The notes under the pieces are model-generated. The model had not been told where the DNA came from, searched no databases, and saw only the letters and a list, made by a program, of their open reading frames with translations. From the NCBI GenBank assembly GCA_001783335.1, contig MFLU01000010.1:30122-94121 (forward strand): a stretch of DNA of 64,000 nt, given 5' to 3'. Position numbers and translations under genes: made by a program. Position 1 is the stretch's first letter. Every line of letters starts with the position of its first letter. Origin of the DNA: Candidatus Kaiserbacteria bacterium RIFCSPLOWO2_01_FULL_50_24 (lineage in GTDB: Bacteria > Patescibacteriota > Minisyncoccia > Phycocordibacterales > UBA2100). Positions 27,669 to 37,298 of this stretch are shown in pieces.

Positions 27669-29251
27669 TAAATATAGACCTTATGCTCGTTGGTGCCGCT
27701 GTGGCGGGTGCCGCAATGCTTGCGCTTGTGGTATACGTATCCAACTCGCGCTCCGCCACAGCACAAGCGCTTCTTTTATACTCCGCGGTAACGATTGGCT
27801 GGAGCTTGGCAAATTTCATCAGCTACCGCCTAACCGATGAAGTGCATATCCTTTGGGCAATACGCCTCGTCCTTTTCTTTGCTTCGTGGCACGCATATGC
27901 ATTTTTGCTTCTAGCTCTAGAATTTCCGAACAAGGTGAACAAAACAAAAGGATGGGCTCTTGCGGCGCTTGCGGGATGGACTGGTCTTGTTTCTGCGCTC
28001 GTTATGACTCCGTTTGTATACGAACGGGTGATCTTCATCGGTCCATCCTCCATAGAAACCTCGGTGGGATGGGGAATTATTGTGTTCGGCTCGACAGTGC
28101 TCGTATATGTCTCGGCAGGCGTCGTATTTCTTGCACAGAAACTACTACGAACGAGCGGGGTAGAGCGGCGGCAGTACGAATTTGTGTTCGCGGGAGTTGC
28201 AATCACCTTTTTCTTTATTCTTACGTTCAACTTTATTCTTCCAGCCTTTTTTAATATTGCCGACCTTATTCCGTTTGGCGGATTATTCCAACTTCCGCTT
28301 ATAGCACTTACTGCATATGCGATTCTCCGACACCATCTCTTTAATGTGAAAATAGCCGCTACCGCGCTACTCATATTTATTCTTTCTGTAATCAGTGTTT
28401 CCGAGATTATTGTCGCCGAGGACACCGCAATCATGGTGTTTCGTATCGTGATTTTCCTTCTCATTTTGCTTTCCGGCGCGCTCCTTATACGCGGTGTATA
28501 TAAAGAAATATCACAGCGTGAACTCATAGAAGCGCAAGAGAAGGAGCTAGAGCTGGTGAATCGTGAGCAGGAGGCGCTTTTGCACTTTTTGAGTCATGAG
28601 GTGAAGGGGTATTTGGCAAAAGGCGAAGCGGGGTTTGCGGCTATTATAGACGGCGCCTATGGCCGCGTCTCGGAAGGTCTTGAAACAATGGCGAAACTCG
28701 CACTCCAAGAGATGCGCGCCGGGGTAGGGGTAGTGATGGGTATTTTAGATGCGTCAAATTTGAAAAAAGGCACGGTGTCGTATAAAAAAGAACCTTTTGA
28801 TTTTAAAAAGATTGTGGAAGCGATCGTGGGTGAAATGCGCACATCGGCAGAAAAGAAAGGCCTTCAGCTCTCGCTCACCGCGCCCGAAGGCGTGTATACC
28901 GTGATGGGGGACGATGAGAAACTCCGTCAGCATGTCGTTAGAAATCTTATCGGTAACTCCATTACCTACACACCATCCGGAAGCGTGTCGGTATTTCTCG
29001 GCGGCAAAGGGGGAAGGGTGCGTATGGTGGTTGAAGATACCGGCGTCGGCATTTCACCGGAGGATATGGAGAAACTTTTCACCGAAGGCGGACATGGTCA
29101 GGATTCCATCAAAGTAAACGTGCATTCCACGGGCTTTGGTCTTTACATCGCAAAGCAAATCGTGGAAGCACATGGCGGCAAAATCTGGGCGGAGTCCGAG
29201 GGCGTAGGAAAGGGCTCGCGGTTCGTGATTGACTTGCCAACTGCGGCGTGA
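27656..29251 (+). CDS. Sensor histidine kinase with a multi-TM (about 7 helices) N-terminal sensor domain; no cognate response regulator nearby
   Basis: It has a HisKA H-box (FLSHEVKGYL) and an HATPase region (GTGFGLYIAKQIVEAHGGKIWAESEGVGKGSRF). The ATG at 27656 overlaps the upstream stop by 13 nt. Confidence 0.8.
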   Translation: MPEVVNIDLMLVGAAVAGAAMLALVVYVSNSRSATAQALLLYSAVTIGWSLANFISYRLTDEVHILWAIRLVLFFASWHAYAFLLLALEFPNKVNKTKGWALAALAGWTGLVSALVMTPFVYERVIFIGPSSIETSVGWGIIVFGSTVLVYVSAGVVFLAQKLLRTSGVERRQYEFVFAGVAITFFFILTFNFILPAFFNIADLIPFGGLFQLPLIALTAYAILRHHLFNVKIAATALLIFILSVISVSEIIVAEDTAIMVFRIVIFLLILLSGALLIRGVYKEISQRELIEAQEKELELVNREQEALLHFLSHEVKGYLAKGEAGFAAIIDGAYGRVSEGLETMAKLALQEMRAGVGVVMGILDASNLKKGTVSYKKEPFDFKKIVEAIVGEMRTSAEKKGLQLSLTAPEGVYTVMGDDEKLRQHVVRNLIGNSITYTPSGSVSVFLGGKGGRVRMVVEDTGVGISPEDMEKLFTEGGHGQDSIKVNVHSTGFGLYIAKQIVEAHGGKIWAESEGVGKGSRFVIDLPTAA

Positions 29252-29328
29252 CACCCTGTTTCTCGAAAGTTAAGGAGAAAAATTTCGGCCAAGTACAAGA
29301 TGTGCTTGGCCGCTTCGTTTGCTATAAT

Positions 29329-30270
29329 CTACCAATGCAACGACTCTTGACCGGACTTCAGCCCTCGGGCGCGCTTCACATCGGGAATTATTTTGGAGCG
29401 TTGAAACCGTTCGTTGATTTGTATGGCGACTACGAGAGCTCTCTTTTGGTGGTGGATTACCACGCTCTGACGACGCTCAAAAACCCAGAGGAACTTCGGC
29501 AGAACATTGTGAACGTGGTGAAGGATTATCTCGCAGTTGGTGTGGACCCGAAGAGGGCGACCATTTTTAAGCAATCGGACGTACCGGAGCATACGGAACT
29601 TGCGTGGATTTTTGAGACGCTCGTTACCGTGCCGTTTTTGATGCAGGCGCACGCATATAAAGACAAGGTGGCGAAAGGGCTTGAAGCGAATGCCGGACTT
29701 TTCAACTACCCAATGCTCATGGCGGCAGACATTCTTTTATACGACATTGACGTAGTGCCGGTCGGCGCCGATCAGCGTCAGCACATTGAATATGCGCGCG
29801 AAGCGGCGGCGAAGTTTAACGAAACATTCGGAGAAACATTCAAAGAGCCGAAAGAGCGCATTTTGGAATCAGTTGCGACCGTTCCGGGCACGGACGGGCA
29901 AAAAATGAGCAAGAGTTATGGCAACACCATTCCTCTTTTCGGAACAAAAGATGAAATCGCGAAAGCGGTGATGAGTATTGTTACCGACTCGTCCGGCGAG
30001 AGCCCAGAGCACGTATACAACATTCACTCGCTTTTCAAAGAGAGGGGAGAGCTTGGGGCGCTATACAAGGCAAATAAGGGAAACTACAAGGCGAGCAAAG
30101 AGGCGCTCGTTGAGGACATTGAAGCGACGGTTGCTCCTATGCGCGAACGCCGTGAATCAATTTCAGACGACGAGGTGCGCACCGTACTTGCCGAGGGGGC
30201 AGAGAAAGCGCGCGAGCGCGCGAGTAAAAAAATGACCGAGGTGCGGAAGAAGATTGGTGTTATGATTTAA
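29329..30270 (+). CDS. trpS: Tryptophanyl-tRNA synthetase
   Basis: It has the HIGH-class motif GALHIGNY and KMSKS. Confidence 0.9.
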   Translation, partial: LPMQRLLTGLQPSGALHIGNYFGALKPFVDLYGDYESSLLVVDYHALTTLKNPEELRQNIVNVVKDYLAVGVDPKRATIFKQSDVPEHTELAWIFETLVTVPFLMQAHAYKDKVAKGLEANAGLFNYPMLMAADILLYDIDVVPVGADQRQHIEYAREAAAKFNETFGETFKEPKERILESVATVPGTDGQKMSKSYGNTIPLFGTKDEIAKAVMSIVTDSSGESPEHVYNIHSLFKERGELGALYKANKGNYKASKEALVEDIEATVAPMRERRESISDDEVRTVLAEGAEKARERASKKMTEVRKKIGVMI

Positions 30271-30410
30271 AATCCCAAGCACCAAGCACCAAATCACAAA
30301 CAATATCTAAATTCCAATTACTAAATACTAAACACGACGTACCCATTTTGAATTTGTTATTTCGGTGATTTGAATTTGTTTGGAATTTGTTATTTGTAAT
30401 TTGGAATTTA
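30271..30410. repeat. Family-C intergenic repeat
   Basis: See the entry at 15640. Confidence 0.75.
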
Positions 30411-30412
30411 TT

Positions 30413-31750
30413 ATGTCAAGTATGGAACGTACTCTCATAAAAAATCTCTCGGAAAATATCGGGAAAGCCGTCTCGGTAAGCGGCTGGGTATCGGTACGGC
30501 GCGACCAGGGAAAACTCGTATTTTTTGAGATTCGCGACCGTTCTGGAAGCGTACAGGGGGTGGTGTTGCCAAAGTCCGATGCCATTGAGGCGGCAAAGGG
30601 GGTGCGCCCGGAGTATGTCGTTTCCATATCAGGCCAAGTGAATAAACGACCGGAAAAAAATGTGAACCCGAATGTACAAAATGGCGATATTGAGCTTGAG
30701 ATACAAGAAATTGAGATACTTTCTAAAGCGGAGACACCGTTTGAGCTTGGTGCCGAGCTCAACCTTGATACCTATTTAGACCATCTGCCATACACCGTAC
30801 GCTCGCCACGGGCGCGAGATATTTTTGCCCTGCAGGCGACCATCATAGAGGCGTTTCGCGACTCGCTCCGTAAACGCGATTTCGTTGAATTTCAGGCACC
30901 GGCAATCGTAGGAGGCGATGCCGAGGGTGGCGCCGCCGCGTTTAAGGTTGATTACTACTACGACCAAAAGGCGTACCTTGCCACAAGTCCCCAGCTCTAT
31001 AAGCAGATCATGGTTGGCGCGTTTGAGAGAGTATTCACAACACCGAAGATTTGGCGGGCGGAAAAACACGCTACCCCCCGCCATCTTTCCGAGCTCACAC
31101 AAATGGATTTTGAGATGGGATTCATCAAAGACCATTTTGATGTGATGGATGCGCTTGAAACCACCATGCGTGATGTGGTAGCGGTCGTGCGCCACAAGCA
31201 CGCCGACGCACTTCAGCGTTTCAATGTTGAATTGCCCAAGCTTCCTAATGAGAAGTTTCCGATACTCAAACTGAAAGAGGCGCAAGAGTTGCTCGGCGTA
31301 CCGCATGAGCCAGATCTTGAACCCGAGCAGGAACGACTGCTTCACGAGTGGGCGCTTAAAGAGCACGACTCAGATTTTGTTTTTGTAACACATTTTCCTA
31401 CATCCAAGCGTCCGTTCTATACATATGAAGACCCGGAAGATTCCGGCCATACACGTTATTTTGACCTGCTTTTCCGCGGGCTCGAAATAAACTCCGGTGG
31501 TCAGCGCGTGCATGAGCACGATGTGCTTGTGGAACGCATTAGACAAAAGGGGTTAGACCCGGAAAAATTCGCTTTTTATTTGCAAACATTCAAAGTGGGC
31601 ATGCCACCTCACGGCGGGTGCTCCACTGGCCTAGAGCGCTTAACTGCGCGCATGTTGGGACTTGCAAACATTCGTGAAGCCACTCTCTTCCCGCGCGATA
31701 TGACCCGTATTGACGCTCGCTTATCGGAAAATACGGAAGAAGAAACATGA
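30413..31750 (+). CDS. aspS: Aspartyl-tRNA synthetase, archaeal/short class IIb type (an AsnRS assignment cannot be excluded)
   Basis: It has an OB-fold N-terminus, class II motifs (FRAEDxxxxRH-like, GGCSTGLERL), and a length of about 445 aa. Confidence 0.85.
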   Translation: MSSMERTLIKNLSENIGKAVSVSGWVSVRRDQGKLVFFEIRDRSGSVQGVVLPKSDAIEAAKGVRPEYVVSISGQVNKRPEKNVNPNVQNGDIELEIQEIEILSKAETPFELGAELNLDTYLDHLPYTVRSPRARDIFALQATIIEAFRDSLRKRDFVEFQAPAIVGGDAEGGAAAFKVDYYYDQKAYLATSPQLYKQIMVGAFERVFTTPKIWRAEKHATPRHLSELTQMDFEMGFIKDHFDVMDALETTMRDVVAVVRHKHADALQRFNVELPKLPNEKFPILKLKEAQELLGVPHEPDLEPEQERLLHEWALKEHDSDFVFVTHFPTSKRPFYTYEDPEDSGHTRYFDLLFRGLEINSGGQRVHEHDVLVERIRQKGLDPEKFAFYLQTFKVGMPPHGGCSTGLERLTARMLGLANIREATLFPRDMTRIDARLSENTEEET

Positions 31751-32472
31751 ATGCGGCATTTACCGTGAGCACGCGCGCGTTCGCGGGATCCCTTGAGGTT
31801 TTGCTTGACTTGATAGAGGCACGGAAGCTTCCCATATCAGAAGTGTCGCTTTCGGAGGTAGCTGACGCATATCTTGCGCATGTTGAAAAACTGCCTGCAT
31901 ATCCTCTCGCGGAAGCATCGCAATTCGTGCTTGTTGCTTCCACACTTCTCCTCATCAAATCGCGCGCACTTCTGCCGTTTCTAACGCTTTCTGAAGAGGA
32001 AAAGGAGAGTGTGGATGAATTGGAACGGCGGCTTAAGCGTCTGCGTCTCGTCCGTAGAGGCGCAAAACTTTTACGGAGTGAGTGGGGGAGGGCACCGCTC
32101 ATATTTCCAAAACGCGCGCCGCTTCGAGAAGTAAGGTTTGCGCCCGGAGAAGTGAGCGTGGAAACGCTCGGAAATGCAATTCGGCGACTCATCGCCTTGC
32201 TCCCCGTGGCGGAAAAAATGGTAAAGGCCGTTGTCGCACCAGTTCTTGCGCTTGAAGATGTCATAAAACGCCTTCACGAACGCCTACGGAGTGCCATGAA
32301 AACACGCTTCAGCGAGCTTACAAAAAAAGCAGATAAACACGAAGTAATCGTATATTTTCTCGCCGCGCTTGAGCTCGTCCGCTCCGGCTCTATTTCCGCA
32401 ACGCAAGAGAAACTCTTCAGCGACATTACCCTTGAAGCTGAGTCTCTCGCAACCCCAAAATATGGAGCGTAG
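31747..32472 (+). CDS. scpA: Segregation and condensation protein A (kleisin)
   Basis: The N-terminus is LEVLLDLIEARKLPISEVSLSEVADAYL, and the start overlaps the aspS stop. Confidence 0.8.
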   Translation: MNAAFTVSTRAFAGSLEVLLDLIEARKLPISEVSLSEVADAYLAHVEKLPAYPLAEASQFVLVASTLLLIKSRALLPFLTLSEEEKESVDELERRLKRLRLVRRGAKLLRSEWGRAPLIFPKRAPLREVRFAPGEVSVETLGNAIRRLIALLPVAEKMVKAVVAPVLALEDVIKRLHERLRSAMKTRFSELTKKADKHEVIVYFLAALELVRSGSISATQEKLFSDITLEAESLATPKYGA

Positions 32473-32682
32473 AACACCGCCGTAGTATAAACGGTAGTCC
32501 CAAACACACATATTGAGAATTAACCCTTGTTATTTTTGCGTAGAGCGGAATCCAGCATCAAAATCAGCGCGTGTACGGTGGTTCATAAACACACAAGAGC
32601 GTACTCACTACATGCGTTTTTTCTCACAAAACTCCTCGTGATATTTTTGGTGCTCGGACGGCGCAGAACATATTTCCTATTT

Positions 32683-32715
32683 GTTAATTCAATTGAATTA
32701 GCAAATAGGACGCGA
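32683..32715. promoter_or_regulatory. Long palindrome cctatttgttaattc-aattg-gaattagcaaatagg (family G, operator-like)
   Basis: It is a near-perfect 14-bp inverted repeat. A second copy (tatttgctaatt-tgcttg-aattagcaaata) lies at 37268-37298. Confidence 0.5.
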
Positions 32716-32799
32716 GACATACCTTTAATTATCGTCACCTATGACAGGTTATCATGTTTCATGATAGGGTATTAATTAGTTGCAGAGGAGAAACCAGAG

Positions 32800-33153
32800 A
32801 TGGAAGAATTCGACATGGTGTGCCCGTACAGCGAGCTGGATTTGATGATTGCTCGTTTAGGTATGGATTTTGGTCAAGAAAAGTATTCTGAAGAAAAATT
32901 TGAGAAAGTGAATAAGGAGATCCACGCAGTGTTTCCGATGCCCAATGATACTGCGACGGTAAACAAACATATCGCTGCGGAAAATGGGATTAGCGTGGAG
33001 GCGCTTCTTAATAGCCCAAATTATTCCATTCTCGTTTCAGATCTGAAGAAAAGGATTGTGCTCGCGACCATCCAAAAGCTTAGGGATGAGTTTGAGCTTG
33101 ACGACAAAGAGGCGTGGGCTCTCCTCTTAACGATTAGCAAACAACTCGGCTGA
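32800..33153 (+). CDS. Hypothetical protein
   Basis: The ORF has coding-like composition and two terminator-like hairpins downstream. Confidence 0.4.
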   Translation: MEEFDMVCPYSELDLMIARLGMDFGQEKYSEEKFEKVNKEIHAVFPMPNDTATVNKHIAAENGISVEALLNSPNYSILVSDLKKRIVLATIQKLRDEFELDDKEAWALLLTISKQLG

Positions 33154-33175
33154 TTCGTACGAGAAGATTCTCTCA

Positions 33176-33203
33176 AACCGCATGGCAACATGCGGTTTTT
33201 TGT
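33176..33203 (+). terminator. Intrinsic terminator (ccgcatg-gcaac-catgcgg + TTTTTTG)
   Basis: It has a canonical stem-loop and T-run. A perfect 38-bp palindrome follows at 33209-33246 (cccagcactaatcccgcc|tgggcgggattagtgctggg). Confidence 0.7.
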
Positions 33204-33274
33204 TGTCAACCCAGCACTAATCCCGCCTGGGCGGGATTAGTGCTGGGTAAAAATTGCGATACAATTACATCTAT

Positions 33275-33883
33275 ATGCCACATGCCGACCACTCAAAACC
33301 CACGCTTTCTACCCGCATTGAGGCCCGGCTGTTTAGCGAGGGCGCGTCGATAACGCTTTCAAGGATGGAAAAGATGCTAGATGTTTCTCGCACTGAACTT
33401 GATGAGGGTTTGGCGGCTCTCGGCGACCGCCTTGCGGGAAGCGGAATGGTGCTCGTGCGCACGGAAACAGAAGCGGCGCTTGCGGTATCCGCCTCATGCT
33501 CGCGTGAGCTTGAAGAGTCGTATGCGGCAGAACTTGAGCGCGACATCGGCGATGCGGGGCTTGAGGTGCTTTCCATCGTGCTCTATCGCGGTCCCTCAAC
33601 GCGCACAGAAATTGACTACATCCGCGGCGTCAATTCTTCGTCTACCATGCGCACTCTTCTTCAGCGCGGCCTCATAGAACGCACAAACAACCCTAAAGAC
33701 GCGCGGGAATATCTCTACCGCCCAACCACTGACCTTCTCGCGCACCTCGGCGCTACGCGAGCAGAAAATCTACCGGAGCATGCTACAATAGTCGCCGAAC
33801 TCGCCGCGTTTGAGAGAGAAAACAGCGCGTTCACTCATAATAAGCATGATGGAAATTCAGGAGAACAATCAGAGCCGGTCTAA
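33275..33883 (+). CDS. scpB: Segregation and condensation protein B
   Basis: It has winged-helix repeats (LEVLSIVLYRGPSTRTEIDYIRGV). Confidence 0.8.
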   Translation: MPHADHSKPTLSTRIEARLFSEGASITLSRMEKMLDVSRTELDEGLAALGDRLAGSGMVLVRTETEAALAVSASCSRELEESYAAELERDIGDAGLEVLSIVLYRGPSTRTEIDYIRGVNSSSTMRTLLQRGLIERTNNPKDAREYLYRPTTDLLAHLGATRAENLPEHATIVAELAAFERENSAFTHNKHDGNSGEQSEPV

Positions 33884-34823
33884 CGAGCCAAAATCGGCCG
33901 TTTCAACTCCGCAACTTGCCATTGCGGCGCTGATCCTTTCCTCACTTACGGGAGCAATTTTTTTCACTGACGTATCGTTCCCCAAGACCCCTGCCGCTGT
34001 TGCGGCGGCGGATTTCGCGACAGAAGATGTACCCGACCCATTTTTCGGAATGATGTTGGAGGCAAGAAGTGCCATAGCAGTTGATCTGCGGAGTGGAGAA
34101 GTTTTATACGAACGAAATCCCGATGTGCAACTTCCGCTTGCTTCAATTGCAAAGATTGCTCTGATTCTCTCCATCGCTCCGGTAATGGACCCTGAAGAGT
34201 ACATTCTGCTCGCGAACGGGGCATATTCAGTTGGTAGCTCGGACCATCTGGAAGCGGGAGAGCGGTGGCTTGTGAAAGACGTGATTGACTACACTCTGCT
34301 CGGCTCCTCCAACGGCGGTAGTATCGCTCTCGCGGCGGCGGCCGACGCCTCACTCCGCGTGTTGTATCCGGATGCGAAAAGTAACGAGGCGACGCTGTAC
34401 GCTATGAACGTGCTTGTCGATGAATTAGGTCTTGAACATACCTACTTTTTGAATACGAGTGGCTTAGATGAAGACGGCATCGTGTCGGGCGCGTATGGTT
34501 CGGCACGAGACGTAGCAAAACTTCTCGCACGCGCTCTTGCATCTCCAAAACTTTTTTCAAGTACCGCGCAAGAAAAACTGGTGGTTTGGGAGGCGAGAGG
34601 CGGAAAAGCTGCGGTCGCGTTTAATACCAACGAGGCCCTGCCGGTCATCCCCGGGCTTATCCTTGGCAAAACCGGCCTTACTGACCTTGCCGGCGGGAAT
34701 CTTGCGATTGTGTTTGAACCGGAACCCGCGCACGCGATAGCGGTTGTGGTACTCGGGAGTACGCAAGAAGGTAGATTTCACGACATGGAAGAACTCGTGC
34801 GCCGCATCCGCGATTCCTTATAG
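33846..34823 (+). CDS. D-alanyl-D-alanine carboxypeptidase (S11, PBP5-like)
   Basis: It has the SxxK motif ASIAK, SxN-like and KTG motifs, and an N-terminal signal/TM segment. Confidence 0.75.
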   Translation: MMEIQENNQSRSNEPKSAVSTPQLAIAALILSSLTGAIFFTDVSFPKTPAAVAAADFATEDVPDPFFGMMLEARSAIAVDLRSGEVLYERNPDVQLPLASIAKIALILSIAPVMDPEEYILLANGAYSVGSSDHLEAGERWLVKDVIDYTLLGSSNGGSIALAAAADASLRVLYPDAKSNEATLYAMNVLVDELGLEHTYFLNTSGLDEDGIVSGAYGSARDVAKLLARALASPKLFSSTAQEKLVVWEARGGKAAVAFNTNEALPVIPGLILGKTGLTDLAGGNLAIVFEPEPAHAIAVVVLGSTQEGRFHDMEELVRRIRDSL

Positions 34824-35010
34824 AGTATGTTTGAAACCTGTTTACAGAAAGCGAGCGCACATATTGCCCGAGAGAACATCGCGCAGGAAACTCTCAAGCT
34901 ATTGCCACATCTCGCAGTAGTGATACAGAATCCTTTGTTCCCCACGTCCTGTTCGGGTCGGGCAATATGCAGCGAGCGGAAGTTTTCAAACATGCTTTAA
35001 ATACGCACCT

Positions 35011-36069
35011 ATGATATCAATTGAAATATTCGAACTTGTGCGCGTCCTGGTGCCGGCGGCGGCGGCGTTTTGTGTCGGTATGTTTGGCGCGCGGATCCTC
35101 ACCCACTACCTCTACAAATATAAGGCGTGGAAAAAGACCCCGGGAAAAATTGCTCTGGACGGCTCTTCCGCTTCTGAATTTAATCGCCTTCATGAAAAGC
35201 ACGAGGTGCGCGCGCCACGCATGGGCGGCATCGTTGTCTGGGGGAGTGTTGTTCTCGTGGCGCTCGGTATCGCGCTTCTTGAAATTACCGAGTTGAATTT
35301 TGTAACGAGAAGTCAGACATGGATACCGCTTGCGACTCTTCTCATCGGCTCGCTTGTCGGCCTCGCAGACGACCTGGCGGTTATCCGTTTAAATGGAAAC
35401 GGCAGAGGCGTGCCGCTCTGGCTCCGTCTGTGTGTCGTCGTTCTACTATCCACTTTTATCGGCTGGTGGTTTTACGACAAACTGGATGTCGTTGCCATAA
35501 ATATTCCTTTTTCCTCTCCATTTGAAATAGGAATTTTTATCGTGCCGCTTTTTGTGTTCGTGTCTTTAGCGCTCTACGCCTCGGGTGTTATTGACGGCAT
35601 AGACGGACTTTCGGGCGGAGTCTTTGCTTCGGTGTTTGCGTCGTACGCACTTATCGCATTTTCGCAACAGCAAATAGACCTTGCCGCATTTTGCGCGACT
35701 GTCGTTGGGGGAATTCTCGCTTTCTTATGGTACAACATTCCGCCGGCGCGTTTTTACATGACCGACACGGGCACCATGGGGCTCACGCTCACCATAGCGG
35801 TTGTCGCGTTTATGACCGATAACCTTGGCGGGGGAGTGGGTATCAGTGTTCTGCCCATTGTCGGCGCGCTACTCGTCGCCACCGTTGCTTCAGACGTTCT
35901 GCAAGTTGTCTGGAAAAAATTCTTCGGGCGGAAACTTTTTCTTATCGCCCCTCTCCATCATCATTTTGAAGCGCTCGGCTGGCCCGGCTATAAAGTTACC
36001 ATGCGCTATTGGGTGCTCTCTATGGTCTTTGCATTTCTCGGTGTCATTTTCGCCCTCGTTGCAGTTTAG
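35011..36069 (+). CDS. mraY: Phospho-N-acetylmuramoyl-pentapeptide transferase
   Basis: It has the DD-x-x-D motif (GLADDLAVI), GVIDGIDGLSGG and PLHHHFE. Confidence 0.95.
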   Translation: MISIEIFELVRVLVPAAAAFCVGMFGARILTHYLYKYKAWKKTPGKIALDGSSASEFNRLHEKHEVRAPRMGGIVVWGSVVLVALGIALLEITELNFVTRSQTWIPLATLLIGSLVGLADDLAVIRLNGNGRGVPLWLRLCVVVLLSTFIGWWFYDKLDVVAINIPFSSPFEIGIFIVPLFVFVSLALYASGVIDGIDGLSGGVFASVFASYALIAFSQQQIDLAAFCATVVGGILAFLWYNIPPARFYMTDTGTMGLTLTIAVVAFMTDNLGGGVGISVLPIVGALLVATVASDVLQVVWKKFFGRKLFLIAPLHHHFEALGWPGYKVTMRYWVLSMVFAFLGVIFALVAV

Positions 36070-36129
36070 CAAAATGGAAGTCTCTCATGTGCGAGGGGCT
36101 AGAGTGTGGCATAGATATATACTGTATAT

Positions 36130-37239
36130 ATGAGCGCTGTTAGAAGACACGCGGATCGCTGGCTACTTCTCCTCGTTGGTACTCTTGTTACTTTTGGCAC
36201 GCTGATCTTTGCGTCCGGCGCGTTCGGTCTCCTTGCGCGAGGTGAGACGCATATAACATCTGTGGTTTTTAATCACGTGGTACTCGGCATCGGCATCGGT
36301 CTCGTTGTCCTCATCGCGACGTCCGTAATTGACCACCGTGCATGGCGGCACTGGGCGCTTCCTCTCTATCTCTTTTCTCTAGGAATAACCGCGCTTGTGT
36401 TCGTTCCCTCACTCGGCATTGAACATGCGGGCGGAACGCGCTGGCTTGATTTTCGCTTCTTTTCTTTTCAGCCGGCAGAGATGATAAAAATAGGCGCTAT
36501 CATTCTCGCGGCTGCATATTTCTCTGTCAATCAAAAACGTATAACAACGATGCGCTATGGGCTCGGTGGATTCCTCGCCATTCTTGTGCTTCCAGTCATT
36601 ATTCTTCTTTTACAGCCAGACGTCGGTACGCTCGGTATCGTTATAGTCGCCGTGGGAGCCGTATACATTGCTGCTGGCGCGCGTATACGCCACCTGGTGC
36701 TTGTGGCGCTCATTGGAGCATTACTTATAGGAGCACTTGCTTTCGCCAGGCCCTACGTTAAGGACCGCATCGTAACGTTTTTTGATCCTGCGCAAAACCC
36801 CCAAGCGGAAGGATATCAAATTCGCCAGTCGCTCATCGCCATCGGTTCCGGTGGTTTTTCGGGAAGAGGATTCGGGCAGGGCGTGCAGAAATTCACCTAC
36901 CTGCCCGAGCCGATGGGGGATTCGGTGTTTGCCGTTGCCGCGGAAGAGTTCGGCTTCGTGGGCAGTGTGTCTATTATTGTGCTCTTTCTCCTTCTGGCAC
37001 TCCGAGGGTTTGCGGTATCTGTGCGAGCGAGCGATTCGTTCGGCATGCTTCTCGGAATAGGCATAGCAAGCTACCTCTCCGCAGAGGCGTTCATAAACAT
37101 TGCCGCGATGCTCGGACTCATTCCCCTCACGGGTATTCCACTCACTTTTTTCAGCCAAGGCGGCACAGCGATGCTCGTATCGCTCGGAAGCGTTGGCATT
37201 CTTTTATCCATCTCAAAACGAGCTACCGCTCGAATGTAG
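36130..37239 (+). CDS. ftsW: SEDS-family peptidoglycan glycosyltransferase FtsW/RodA
   Basis: It has 10 TM helices and SEDS conserved segments. Confidence 0.9.
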   Translation: MSAVRRHADRWLLLLVGTLVTFGTLIFASGAFGLLARGETHITSVVFNHVVLGIGIGLVVLIATSVIDHRAWRHWALPLYLFSLGITALVFVPSLGIEHAGGTRWLDFRFFSFQPAEMIKIGAIILAAAYFSVNQKRITTMRYGLGGFLAILVLPVIILLLQPDVGTLGIVIVAVGAVYIAAGARIRHLVLVALIGALLIGALAFARPYVKDRIVTFFDPAQNPQAEGYQIRQSLIAIGSGGFSGRGFGQGVQKFTYLPEPMGDSVFAVAAEEFGFVGSVSIIVLFLLLALRGFAVSVRASDSFGMLLGIGIASYLSAEAFINIAAMLGLIPLTGIPLTFFSQGGTAMLVSLGSVGILLSISKRATARM

Positions 37240-37267
37240 ACCACGTTACCGCTACGCTCACGGTTTT

Positions 37268-37298
37268 TCTTATTTGCTAATTTGCTTGAATTAGCAAA
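37268..37298. promoter_or_regulatory. Family-G palindrome, second copy, between ftsW and murG
   Basis: See the entry at 32683. Confidence 0.5.
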
